From: Deinococcales bacterium
Lineage (GTDB): Bacteria; Deinococcota; Deinococci; Deinococcales; JAAFIG01
Length of the DNA stretch: 64,000 bases
NCBI GenBank assembly: GCA_043778225.1
Contig: JAYWGM010000044.1
Coordinates: forward strand, 29,044-93,043
Direction: 5' to 3'
Notes under the pieces: generated by a model
Told to the model about the DNA's origin: nothing
Seen by the model: the letters and a program-made list of their open reading frames with translations, nothing else
Database searches by the model: none
Position numbers and translations under genes: made by a program
In this document: piece after piece, positions 9,470-18,732 of the stretch
Layout: every line of letters starts with the position of its first letter
Numbering within the stretch: the first letter of the stretch is position 1

Positions 9470-10312
9470 TTAACCCTTTCTACTTTTTACCTTTTTACCC
9501 TGCCCTTTTGGTTGGCAATCGGGGCAAAAATGCGTTCCACGACCTGCTAAGGTGTACTTTTCTATTTCTGTGCCGCATCTCGAGCAAGGTTGCCCGTTGC
9601 GGTCATACGCATGATGCTCGAATTGAAAGTAGCCAGACTCGCCGCTTGGTTGTTGATAACTGTTGTCCGATAAAGTGCTGCCGCCCGCCGCAACTGCCTT
9701 GGTCATGACTTGGATAATTGCAGCGTGTAAGCGCTTGGCGGCGGCTGCCGATAACTTGGATTCTTCTGGATGAATTTTAGCCAACCATAGGCTTTCGTCG
9801 GCATAGATGTTGCCTACACCAGCCACAGGTTTTTGACTTAATAGTGCTGGTTTGACTCGAGCAACCTTTGCCATTGCCACTTGAAAATCTTTTAAGCCAA
9901 AACCAGCCTCGAGCGGTTCAGGACCCATGCTCGAGAGTGCTTTGATATGCCCCCAGTCGTTGCTTGGTACAACTTCCCAAAAACCAAAGCGCCTCGAGTC
10001 GACATAACTGACTTCAGAATCGTGCAGCACCAGCCTCAGCCGCTCAAAACGCGGTGGCTCGAGAAATGATTTATCTTGTGGCAACCTAAAGCCGCCAGTC
10101 ATTTTGAGGTGGACAATACAGTCTAAGCCGTCATCTAGCCTAAAAATAAGGTACTTACCCCGCCGCTCGAGTTTTAGGATTTGCTTGCCGAGCATCGCAG
10201 TGGTGTTGCGGTAACGGTTCGGGTCGGTATGCAGCACATCACGCACCACCCGCCCAAGCAGCACTGGCTCGAGCATACGGCGGGTGGTTTCGACTTCTGG
10301 GAGTTCGGGCAT
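9470..10312 (-). CDS. mutM: Formamidopyrimidine-DNA glycosylase
   Basis: N-terminal MPELPEVET, RRGKYL, GVGNIYADE and C4 zinc finger; leaderless start 10312. Confidence 0.97.
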   Translation of the reverse strand: MPELPEVETTRRMLEPVLLGRVVRDVLHTDPNRYRNTTAMLGKQILKLERRGKYLIFRLDDGLDCIVHLKMTGGFRLPQDKSFLEPPRFERLRLVLHDSEVSYVDSRRFGFWEVVPSNDWGHIKALSSMGPEPLEAGFGLKDFQVAMAKVARVKPALLSQKPVAGVGNIYADESLWLAKIHPEESKLSAAAAKRLHAAIIQVMTKAVAAGGSTLSDNSYQQPSGESGYFQFEHHAYDRNGQPCSRCGTEIEKYTLAGRGTHFCPDCQPKGQGKKVKSRKG

Positions 10313-10326
10313 TGCCCCAGTATGGC

Positions 10327-11202
10327 TTAAAACAAGGCGTTGCCGTTGTAGGTTGCACTCCAAACATCACAACTGGTTACAGTCAAAAGCAGCACATTAT
10401 TTTTTGTACCAGCCAAGTTGCTGACATCTTCGGTGCGAACTGTACCTGAATCCACGGCTCGAGGGCAGGTGTTGCCAAAGTGTAAATTAGTTACGGTCAG
10501 GTTAAACAAAGAAGTTTTCCCTTTGGCATCGCGGAAATTGACCGAACCAGCAACGTTGAGTGTACCCGCATCAAACTTAAAGGCATTGCCATCGTTATCT
10601 GGGGTGTAGGTTGTGTTGGCTTGATAACCAAACTGACTCTTATCGGTATCTGGTTGAAAAGTCAGGCGCTGGTCGGTGTTGACCGCATAGCCACCATTTT
10701 GGGCAAGGGTGACGGTGGCTGTCCAGAATGCCACAAAAGCAAACCCAGAAGTTTCGCCTGTTTCGGTGTTGGTAAAGATAAAATCATAACGGATATTGCC
10801 GTCGGTGGAAAAACCACTGTTGGGGTTTGTATCGTCGCTGTCGGTGCTGCGAAAAGAACCTTTGGCAGTAAACTTAAAGCCAGTGCCGATTGTCACGGTG
10901 CAGTCGTAGGTATAAGAAAAACTGGCTGGAACTTTATCGTTGTCGGCATCGGCTGGGGCTGGGTTCGGACCACACGTTCCCGAAATCGCTTGCGGACGTA
11001 AGCCCAAAGGATGGAGTGGACTCGAGGCATTGACCACCCTAGAGCCACCAGAACGCACGCTGTTGGCAAAGCCATTCATGGACAGTGGCACGATGGTTTT
11101 TAAGGCTCGGGCATCTTCAGCCGTCATTGAACTTTGTGGCAGGGCTGGACACGCCACCAGCAAAACCAAACTTAGGGGCAACAGCAATGTGTAATTTTTC
11201 AT
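10327..11202 (-). CDS. Lipoprotein of unknown function, beta-rich
   Basis: MKNYTLLLPLSLVLLVAC signal peptide and lipobox; AGGAGG RBS. Confidence 0.8.
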   Translation of the reverse strand: MKNYTLLLPLSLVLLVACPALPQSSMTAEDARALKTIVPLSMNGFANSVRSGGSRVVNASSPLHPLGLRPQAISGTCGPNPAPADADNDKVPASFSYTYDCTVTIGTGFKFTAKGSFRSTDSDDTNPNSGFSTDGNIRYDFIFTNTETGETSGFAFVAFWTATVTLAQNGGYAVNTDQRLTFQPDTDKSQFGYQANTTYTPDNDGNAFKFDAGTLNVAGSVNFRDAKGKTSLFNLTVTNLHFGNTCPRAVDSGTVRTEDVSNLAGTKNNVLLLTVTSCDVWSATYNGNALF

Positions 11203-11234
11203 AAAAAATCCTCCTACTCGAGCAGACTAAAGTT

Positions 11235-11251
11235 TGTTAATTCACTTAACA
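11235..11251. promoter_or_regulatory. Candidate operator between divergent genes
   Basis: TGTTAA-N5-TTAACA inverted repeat in a 78-bp divergent spacer. Confidence 0.45.
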
Positions 11252-11280
11252 GCACAATAGTTTCATATACACTGGTCAAC

Positions 11281-11958
11281 ATGAAAGCAATAAACTCGAC
11301 CAGCTATGCCCCGCTCGAGATTGATAACGTAAAAGCCGCTGCCTATCTTTGCGACCCACACAAAGCCGTGTTTTTATACCCATTTATTGGTTGTGAACGC
11401 AGTGCTGCCGAAGTGGCTCGAGCCTACAATGCCGATTTCAAAGCCTATTTATTTCAAATTGAACGAATGCAACAACTTGGTTTACTGCAACACACCCAAA
11501 CCAAAAGCCGCAAAGGCAGCCCAGTCAAATACTATCGTGCTGTTTCGGATAGCTTTTTTGTGCCATTCAAAGTCACCCAACTCGAGAATCTTGAAGCCAT
11601 GCTCGACGCATGGAGTCAGAGCTTACAACCAGTCTTCCTAAAAAGTTTTATACATGGTTTGTATAGCACCCAAGCCAATTGGGGGGTGCGAATTGCTCGA
11701 GAAAGCAACGGACAACTGAGCATCGCGGCAGCTAACCAAGCCGACCGTGCTTATAATATGCTCGAGCCAACTGCGCCAGCCATGCTCGAGGGTTGGTTTA
11801 CCGATTTACGTTTAGACCCTGAAGATGCCAAAGCCCTTCAGCACGAATTGGTAGCACTGTACTTACGTTACTTGGGACGCAATGGCGCACAACGCTACAT
11901 TATTCGAGTGGCGCTTGCACCGATGCAGGACAAAACCGAATTACCGCCAGCTTGGTGA
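11281..11958 (+). CDS. Putative winged-helix (ArsR-like) regulator
   Basis: AAAYLCDP...PFIGCERSAAEVA...GLL...RKGSPVKYYRAV pattern; leaderless start 7 nt after TACACT. Confidence 0.65.
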   Translation: MKAINSTSYAPLEIDNVKAAAYLCDPHKAVFLYPFIGCERSAAEVARAYNADFKAYLFQIERMQQLGLLQHTQTKSRKGSPVKYYRAVSDSFFVPFKVTQLENLEAMLDAWSQSLQPVFLKSFIHGLYSTQANWGVRIARESNGQLSIAAANQADRAYNMLEPTAPAMLEGWFTDLRLDPEDAKALQHELVALYLRYLGRNGAQRYIIRVALAPMQDKTELPPAW

Positions 11959-11972
11959 GTTACGATATGACC

Positions 11973-12881
11973 ATGCTGCAAAGATTTCTCGAGGGCGACC
12001 TCCGTGCCTTGGCTCGAGCCATTACGCTGGTTGAGTCCGCCGACCCAGGCGGCTTTGAATTACTATCGGCTTTGCGTTCACAAGCCTCGAGTAGCCATGT
12101 AATCGGCATGACTGGCGCTCCGGGCGCAGGCAAAAGCACCTTAACTGATGCGCTGATAAGTGCCTGCCGTGCATCTGGCGCTCGAGTGGCGGTATTGTGT
12201 ATTGACCCGAGCAGCCCCTTTAGCGGTGGAGCGATTCTGGGCGACCGCATCCGTATGGGGCGGCACTACCAAGACAACGGCGTGTTCGTTCGCAGTATGG
12301 CAACCCGTGGCGCACTGGGCGGATTGGCAAAAACAGCAGTCAGTGTCTTGGCATTACTCGAGGCATTTGGTTTTGATTATATTTTTCTCGAGACGGTTGG
12401 CGTTGGGCAATCCGAAGTGGATATTGCCAGTGTAGCTGACCATACGGTTGTGGTCTTGACTCCAGCCGGCGGAGATGCGATTCAGGCATTCAAGGCTGGA
12501 ATTATGGAAATTGCCGATGTCTTTGTGGTCAATAAAGCCGATTTACCGGGGGCGGAACGCCTTGTGCGCGAAATTCGGGCGGCTCAAGAACTTGGCACAC
12601 ACGACGAGAACACTTGGTTTGCGCCAATTTTACAAACCATTGGCAATGAACAAAAAGGGATTGCCGAATTGCTCGAGGCAATAAAAGCCCACCGAAATCA
12701 TCTGGGGGCAGCAGGTCTACATTTGCGGCGGCTTGAGCGAGCCAGATTTGAATTCAATGCCGCGATTCAAGACATCGCCCGAAACCAAGCTAAACATTTA
12801 GAAGCTGGTCTGCTCGAGCAAATCAGTTTGGGGGTTTTAACGGCTCGAGAAGCTGCTCTGGCGGTCTTAAAAATCATTTGA
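11973..12881 (+). CDS. meaB: Methylmalonyl-CoA mutase-associated GTPase
   Basis: GAPGAGKST, DPSSPFSGGAILGDRIRM, ETVGVGQSE, NKAD. Confidence 0.95.
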   Translation: MLQRFLEGDLRALARAITLVESADPGGFELLSALRSQASSSHVIGMTGAPGAGKSTLTDALISACRASGARVAVLCIDPSSPFSGGAILGDRIRMGRHYQDNGVFVRSMATRGALGGLAKTAVSVLALLEAFGFDYIFLETVGVGQSEVDIASVADHTVVVLTPAGGDAIQAFKAGIMEIADVFVVNKADLPGAERLVREIRAAQELGTHDENTWFAPILQTIGNEQKGIAELLEAIKAHRNHLGAAGLHLRRLERARFEFNAAIQDIARNQAKHLEAGLLEQISLGVLTAREAALAVLKII

Positions 12882-13377
12882 GTTTTAAGGGCAGCCCAGC
12901 CACCAATAAATACGCATGGCTCGAGGCGGCGGCGACTTTTTGATTGGCTCGTCCAAGCCAATCGCGGTAGGTACGCCCAAGCGCGTACTCTGGCACAACA
13001 CCACTGCCAACTTCGTTAGAAACCACAAGCAGCATATGTTCTCGAGTGGCTTGAAGCTCGAGTAGCAGCGCCAATTCCTCGAGCATGGTTTTTTCGGATT
13101 TATCTGCCAACAGCATATTGGAGACCCATAAACTCAGGCAATCGAGCAGCACCGTGTTATTGGTCTCGAGTAACGCTTTGGTAAGCTCGAGTGGGACTTC
13201 TTTGGTTTGCCAACCAAGGGCTTGTCGCTCGAATTTATGCCGCGCTATTCGCTCGGTCATTTCGGTATCGAAGGCTTGGGCAGTGGCAAGAAAAGTAACC
13301 GAAGTCTCGAATTTCTGGGCTTCTAAAAGCGCAAAACGACTTTTGCCACTCCGAGCGCCACCTGTGATAAAAATCAT
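12874..13377 (-). CDS. cobU: Adenosylcobinamide kinase/guanylyltransferase
   Basis: GGARSGKS, ERIARH, DCLSLW, VSNEVGSG. Confidence 0.96.
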   Translation of the reverse strand: MIFITGGARSGKSRFALLEAQKFETSVTFLATAQAFDTEMTERIARHKFERQALGWQTKEVPLELTKALLETNNTVLLDCLSLWVSNMLLADKSEKTMLEELALLLELQATREHMLLVVSNEVGSGVVPEYALGRTYRDWLGRANQKVAAASSHAYLLVAGLPLKLK

Positions 13378-14099
13378 CTTGGAATCACCACTGTACGCCC
13401 GTCTTGGGTGGTTAAACGCTCGAGTTTTGTTTGATAGACCCGCTCGAGTAAATTCACTTCTAGCACTTCTTCGGGGCGACCCATTGCCTCGAGTTGCCCT
13501 TGGTGCAGCAATGCCACACGGTCAGCCTGACCTGCCAAAATCAGGTCATGCACCACCATCACAACTGTTAAACCAGATTCACGCAGCAACGCCATCAGTT
13601 CGCCTTGGTGCGCCAAATCCAAATGATTTGTGGGTTCGTCCAGCAGCAGCACTTCTGGGTTTTGCGCCAAGGCTCGAGCCAATGCGACGCGCTGGGCTTC
13701 TCCGCCCGATAAATCCTCAACTTTTCGTTTGGCAAATTGTAAAGTGTTGGTGCGCTGCAAGGCTGCTTCTACCAAAGTTTTGTCCTTGGGCGTAGCATTT
13801 GCCAATAATCCCTGATGCGGTAAGCGCCCTAACGCCACAACCTCGAGAACCGTAAACTCAAGTGGTAAACCCTCGGACTGCGCGAGGTATGCCACACGTT
13901 TAGCTCTGGGTTCAGGCACGAGTACCGAACCAGTTTTTGGGCGTAACAAACCCGCTAAAATTTTTAATAACGTGGTTTTCCCTGCTCCATTTGGACCAAT
14001 TAACGCCAGAATCTCGTTGTCTTGTACCTCGAGACTGATATTTTGTAGCACATTTTTTTTGCCATAAGCAAAGCCAACTTCTCGAGCCGCTAGTTTCAT
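13374..14099 (-). CDS. Cobalamin ABC transporter ATP-binding subunit (BtuD-like)
   Basis: GPNGAGKT, LSGGE, LLDEPTNHLD; ATGA-coupled to the permease; under the B12 riboswitch. Confidence 0.9.
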   Translation of the reverse strand: MKLAAREVGFAYGKKNVLQNISLEVQDNEILALIGPNGAGKTTLLKILAGLLRPKTGSVLVPEPRAKRVAYLAQSEGLPLEFTVLEVVALGRLPHQGLLANATPKDKTLVEAALQRTNTLQFAKRKVEDLSGGEAQRVALARALAQNPEVLLLDEPTNHLDLAHQGELMALLRESGLTVVMVVHDLILAGQADRVALLHQGQLEAMGRPEEVLEVNLLERVYQTKLERLTTQDGRTVVIPR

Positions 14100-15133
14100 T
14101 TTTGTCCTTGACGCATTAGCCATAAAAAAAACGGTCCACCCAGCAATGTGGTGACAATCCCCACGGGTAATTCCTGTGGGCGAATCAGGGTCCGAGCGCC
14201 AAGGTCAGAAAGCAGCAACAGACTCGAGCCAGCCAGTGCCGAAGCAACAATCAGCGGACGGTGTGCCGCGCCGCACAATCGGCGCATGACGTGCGGCGCA
14301 ACCAAGCCAACAAAGCCAATAATTCCAGCAAAACTGACGGCGGCGGCAGTCATCAGGCTTGCAGCAATAATTACGGCAATTTTAAGCCATAACACCCGAA
14401 TTCCAAGCGTTTGTGCTGTATCCTCGCCAAGTTGTAAGGCATCTAAGGGTTTAGCCAGCAGCAATAACACCACAAAACCAAGCACTGCTACTGGTAGCAC
14501 CACCAGCACTTCTGACCAACCCGCCAATGCCAGATTACCCAGTGTCCAAGAAAAAACCGCCCGTAATCTATCGGCATCAAACAGTTGAATAAAAGTTGTC
14601 ATGGCAGTAATCATGCTGCCAATCACCACGCCCGATAAAATTAAACTGTTGCGGCTGCCTTTTGCCGAACTCGAGAGCAAAACAGTTAATGTGACCGCCA
14701 GCATCGCCCCACAAAAAGCAAATAACGGCACAAGCCCACTGCCAGCTGCCCTTGCCGAGAATATGGCGGGCGCAAAGGCGGGCGCGGCACTCGAGGATAA
14801 AAAAATTGCCACGGTTGCCCCAAAGGCTGCGCCACTGGCAACGCCTACCAAATATGGGTCTGCCAGTGGATTTTGAAATACCCCCTGCATTGCCACGCCA
14901 CTGGCTGCCAGTGCCGCCCCGACCAGAATTGCAAAAGCCACCCGTGGTAGGCGTAAATTCCAAACAATCGCCTCTAGCCCCTCGAGTTGCTGCCCCGAAA
15001 TGCCTTTGAGAATCGCATTCCAAGTTTGAATCGGTGTAATCTCGAGCGTGCCATTAGAAACCGCTAACAAAGCTGCCAGCGCCAAAAAAGCAAAGGCAGC
15101 CAGAATCACCAGATTGGCTTTAGAATTGAACAT
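14096..15133 (-). CDS. Cobalamin ABC transporter permease (FecCD/BtuC family)
   Basis: LRLPRV, FQNPLADP, GIIGFVGLVAPH, ELPVGIVT. Confidence 0.93.
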   Translation of the reverse strand: MFNSKANLVILAAFAFLALAALLAVSNGTLEITPIQTWNAILKGISGQQLEGLEAIVWNLRLPRVAFAILVGAALAASGVAMQGVFQNPLADPYLVGVASGAAFGATVAIFLSSSAAPAFAPAIFSARAAGSGLVPLFAFCGAMLAVTLTVLLSSSAKGSRNSLILSGVVIGSMITAMTTFIQLFDADRLRAVFSWTLGNLALAGWSEVLVVLPVAVLGFVVLLLLAKPLDALQLGEDTAQTLGIRVLWLKIAVIIAASLMTAAAVSFAGIIGFVGLVAPHVMRRLCGAAHRPLIVASALAGSSLLLLSDLGARTLIRPQELPVGIVTTLLGGPFFLWLMRQGQK

Positions 15134-15989
15134 CGGGGTGAAGGAAGCGCACCAAGATTTTCAGGGCTGTTGGTAAACGTGGACCTGGGCGCACAATCGC
15201 ATCGTTTTCTTCGCCACTTGGGTCATAGACACGTTTATTGGCAACGGCGGCAATGTTCGCCCAACCCGGGCGAAGCAGCAAATCCTCGAGTTTTGCCCCA
15301 ATAATCACACTTGGATTGCTGTTGACCACAATTTCTGGGCTGATTTTTGGAAACGCGCCAAGACTGGCGGGTAAAATGTTGATTCCACCGGCTCGAGCCA
15401 ACATTTCGCCAATAAAACTGCTTGGACCTGCGGCATATGGGGTTGGGTCAACTTCAAAATAAGCGCTAACTCGAGGACGTTTTGCAATTTTAGCCGTAAT
15501 GCTGTTAATTTCGCTTCGCATACTGGTAATTAAGCGCAAAGAATTGGCTTCGCGGTTGACCAAACGCCCAAGCACACCAATTTTCTCAAAGGTCTCGACA
15601 TAGGTCTGAGCCGCGCCGCCATAGACTGTAATCCCGAGTTTCTCGAGGTTCTGTACCAGTTTGCTGCTGCTGCTTTCGTCGGTCAGTACCAAATCAGGTT
15701 TTAAGGCAGCAATCGCCTCGAGATTTGGCACAAAACCATTCCCGACTTTAGCAATTTTATCGGTCTCGAGCTTTGGATAATTGCTGTACTCATCTATCCC
15801 GACCAGCTTAGCCCCAGCCCCGAGCGCAAACAGCGTTTCGGTGTGGCTAGGCAGCATCGCAATAATTCGTTTGGGTTCGCTCTTCAGGGTGATGGTTCGC
15901 CCAAGGTCATCCTTAACCGTCTGGGGATAAGACGCAGCCAGCCCATGAGAAAGTAAAACAACCAGTAAAACAACAAATAATTTTTTCAT
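15120..15989 (-). CDS. Cobalamin ABC transporter substrate-binding protein (BtuF-like)
   Basis: Signal peptide, DDLGR, PSHTETLFALG, RPGPR; directly downstream of the B12 riboswitch. Confidence 0.92.
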   Translation of the reverse strand: MKKLFVVLLVVLLSHGLAASYPQTVKDDLGRTITLKSEPKRIIAMLPSHTETLFALGAGAKLVGIDEYSNYPKLETDKIAKVGNGFVPNLEAIAALKPDLVLTDESSSSKLVQNLEKLGITVYGGAAQTYVETFEKIGVLGRLVNREANSLRLITSMRSEINSITAKIAKRPRVSAYFEVDPTPYAAGPSSFIGEMLARAGGINILPASLGAFPKISPEIVVNSNPSVIIGAKLEDLLLRPGWANIAAVANKRVYDPSGEENDAIVRPGPRLPTALKILVRFLHPDVQF

Positions 15990-16002
15990 AGAAAAACCTC
16001 AA

Positions 16003-16042
16003 AAACAAGAAAGACGCTCATGTCAAAAACCGACACGAACGC
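16003..16042 (-). terminator. Intrinsic terminator in the btuF leader (likely riboswitch expression platform)
   Basis: Minus strand CGTTCGTGTC-loop-GACATGAGCG followed by TCTTTCTTGTTTTT. Confidence 0.6.
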
Positions 16043-16116
16043 ACACTAGAAAAACACAAACACCATACACACATCGCCCCCTTTCACTCGAGAGGTGAAC
16101 CCCTTTTTTGGGTTCT

Positions 16117-16245
16117 GGCTTGGCAGGCATTCGGGCTTGCTTAGTTCGTTTGAGCGAACCAAAGGCTTACCGTTGCGGAACAGCGTCGGAATTGCACCGA
16201 CTTCCCCATTTTTATCTCGAGATTACACACCTCGAGAACCAAGCA
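16117..16245 (-). ncRNA. Cobalamin riboswitch
   Basis: Minus strand GGTT...AAATGGGGAAGTCGGTGCAATTCCGACGCTGTTCCGCAACGGTAA...AAGCCCGAATGCCTGCC (B12 box), upstream of btuF; -10 TAGACT at 16251-16256. Confidence 0.95.
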
Positions 16246-16266
16246 CCAGCAGTCTACACCAAAAAT

Positions 16267-16380
16267 CTTGACCCGTTGCATTCACGGTACGGCATGACCC
16301 GTTGCATTCACGGTACAACTTGACCTGTTGCGTTCACGGTACAGCTTGACCCGTTGCGTTCACGGTACATCTTGACCCCT
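16267..16380. repeat. 26-bp tandem repeat, about 4.4 copies
   Basis: CTTGACCCGTTGCRTTCACGGTACNN units start at 16267, 16293, 16319 and 16345, with a partial unit at 16371. Confidence 0.95.
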
Positions 16381-16402
16381 TGTGCAGGATTACACTAAGT
16401 CC

Positions 16403-17500
16403 ATGAATGCCTCCCTTGCTGCCCTCGAGAAAGCCCAGACTGGCGCACGCCTCGAGAATTCAGAACTCCTTGCCCTCTATGATGCTCCCCTGCCAGAACT
16501 CTCGAGTGTGGCACATCAGTTACGGCTCAAGCGCACCCAAGCTGATACCGTCACCTATTTAATTGACCGCAACATCAATTACACCAATATCTGCAATGTC
16601 GGTTGTAATTTTTGTGCCTTTTACCGCACACCGCGCCAAGGTGATGCTTATACCCTGACCTTTGAACAAATCAGCGCCAAAGTTGCCGAACTTGAGGCGA
16701 TTGGCGGGACGCGGATTCTGCTCCAAGGTGGAGTCAATCCAGCCCTGCCATTTACTTGGTATCTCGAGATGCTGAGCTACTTAAAAACGCATCACCCAAC
16801 TATTAAATTAGATGCCTTTAGCCCCGAAGAAATCCTTGGACTCGAGAAAATTACTGGGTTAGGGGCGCTCGAGATTATTACCCAAATGAAAGCGGCTGGC
16901 TTAGACGGTTTACCCGGGGCTGGTGGCGAAATTCTCGAGGACGAAGTGCGCTTAGAAGCCGCCCCAGCCCGAATTCCCAGTGCCGATTGGTTTAGGATTC
17001 TTGATGTTGCTCAGAGTTTAGGGCTGTACACGATTTCCACCATGGTGATTGGTTTTGGCGAAACAATGCAGCACCGCGTCAATCATTTACTCAAAATCCG
17101 TACCCAGCAAGACAAAGCCCTGCTCGAGTACGGCACTGGTTTTAGTGGCTTTGCAATGTGGACGCTGCAAACCGAACACACTCGGTTGCACGGTAAAGCC
17201 CCTGGCGCTGGCGCTCACGAGTACCTAAAAAACTTAGCAGTCTCGAGAATTGCGCTGGATAACATCGTTAATATCCAAGTCAGCTGGCCCACCCTTGGCT
17301 TTAAGGTCGGACAAGTCGGACTTTTTTATGGCGCAAACGATTTTGGTAGCACAATGATGGAGGAAAACGTCGTTTCGCAAGCCGGTGGGCATGACCGTGT
17401 GCGGGTCACCGAAAAAGAAATCATCAGGCATATTTCGGATGCTGGATTCAAAGCTGCCCAACGTAACTCGAGATTCGAGATTCTAAAGTACGCCGCTTAA
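16403..17500 (+). CDS. mqnC: Cyclic dehypoxanthine futalosine synthase (radical SAM)
   Basis: DRNINYTNICNVGCNFCAFYR, PGAGGEIL, GANDFGSTMMEENVVS; leaderless start 16403. Confidence 0.92.
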   Translation: MNASLAALEKAQTGARLENSELLALYDAPLPELSSVAHQLRLKRTQADTVTYLIDRNINYTNICNVGCNFCAFYRTPRQGDAYTLTFEQISAKVAELEAIGGTRILLQGGVNPALPFTWYLEMLSYLKTHHPTIKLDAFSPEEILGLEKITGLGALEIITQMKAAGLDGLPGAGGEILEDEVRLEAAPARIPSADWFRILDVAQSLGLYTISTMVIGFGETMQHRVNHLLKIRTQQDKALLEYGTGFSGFAMWTLQTEHTRLHGKAPGAGAHEYLKNLAVSRIALDNIVNIQVSWPTLGFKVGQVGLFYGANDFGSTMMEENVVSQAGGHDRVRVTEKEIIRHISDAGFKAAQRNSRFEILKYAA

Positions 17501-18696
17501 TCTGCCTTCAAACGCTGCAATGAAGCCCGTAAGCTCAGGACTGCCAGCACCCCTAAACCACCCAGCACCGCAATCCCACCTCGAGAACCGAGGGTTGCCA
17601 TCAGCCAACCAGCAAACAACGACCCCGGCGGTGACATCCCTGCAAAAACCAAAGAATAGACACTCATCACTCGAGCGCGAAGTTCATCCGGGGTGTGCAG
17701 TTGTACAGCCGAATTTGCCGACACCGTAAATAAATTCATGCCACTGCCTGCAAAAAATAAGCTCAGCCCAGCCCACCAGATGTTTGGCGCGACCGCCAAA
17801 CTAAGCATCGCTAAAGTGAGTTGTAACGCTCCCCAAAGCATAAAATTTTTAGAAGCTCGAGCCGCCTGAAAAACTGCGCCAGAGACCGCCCCAACCCCAA
17901 AAGCCGCACTCAGTAAGCCAAACCCACCTTCCTCGAGATTCAAAGAAAAGCGAGCAAAGGTTGGAATGATGACCTGGAAATTAATGACGGTTAAAGAAAG
18001 CAGCATCAGCAATAAAATCGGTGTGCCAACACTTTTGTTGTTTCGCACGTACTGCAAGCCAATTTTAATATCCTCGAGCAAGTGACTGGTTTTAGGCGCG
18101 GGTTGTGGGATTTGAATTCGCCAAATCGCGTACAATACCCCAAGAAATGACAAAGCATTAAATAAAAAGATACTGGTCAAACCAAGTGGCGCAACCACTC
18201 CAAATAATGCCCCACCTAAAACCCGAGTGGTGTTAAACGCCAAAGTGTTGAGGGCAATCGCGTTTGCCATAAATTCTCGAGGCACAAGATTTGGCACTAA
18301 ACTTTGCCGTGCGACCATATCCACCACATTTGCCAGCCCAGCACAAAACGCTAAACTTGCGACCAGAACAAACGACTCGAGTTTCAGACTCAGCACCAAG
18401 GTAAAACCAATTGCCACAGACATCAGCATGATTTGTGAACACAATAAAGCTGTTCTTCTCGAGACTCGGTCAAGCACCGCACCAGCAAAAAGCGAAAAAA
18501 CCAAACTCGGAGTCCACTGAATGGCGGTTAAAATACCAAGCTGCGAAGTGGCTAAAGCTGGCTGATTTGGGTACAAAACCGTGACCACCAACCAAGAAAT
18601 GGCACTGGCTTGCAACCACGAACCGATTAAAGAAAAGACTTGTGCAAACCAAAAACGGCGATAGGCAACCACTTGAAACGCCGCGAAGATATGCAC
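17497..18696 (-). CDS. MFS transporter
   Basis: About 12 TM segments, GAVLDRVSRR motif A, PDELRARVMS. Confidence 0.9.
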   Translation of the reverse strand: MHIFAAFQVVAYRRFWFAQVFSLIGSWLQASAISWLVVTVLYPNQPALATSQLGILTAIQWTPSLVFSLFAGAVLDRVSRRTALLCSQIMLMSVAIGFTLVLSLKLESFVLVASLAFCAGLANVVDMVARQSLVPNLVPREFMANAIALNTLAFNTTRVLGGALFGVVAPLGLTSIFLFNALSFLGVLYAIWRIQIPQPAPKTSHLLEDIKIGLQYVRNNKSVGTPILLLMLLSLTVINFQVIIPTFARFSLNLEEGGFGLLSAAFGVGAVSGAVFQAARASKNFMLWGALQLTLAMLSLAVAPNIWWAGLSLFFAGSGMNLFTVSANSAVQLHTPDELRARVMSVYSLVFAGMSPPGSLFAGWLMATLGSRGGIAVLGGLGVLAVLSLRASLQRLKAD

Positions 18697-18732
18697 AAGT
18701 TATAGCATAATCCTTTTTACTCGAGACTTATT

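Noticed and set aside
13085..13795. 236-aa plus-strand ORF
   Set aside because: Antisense shadow of cobU and the ABC ATPase, with no recognisable motifs.
16267..16380. CRISPR array
   Set aside because: Units are contiguous with only a few variable bases, there are no unique spacers, and no cas genes are in the window.
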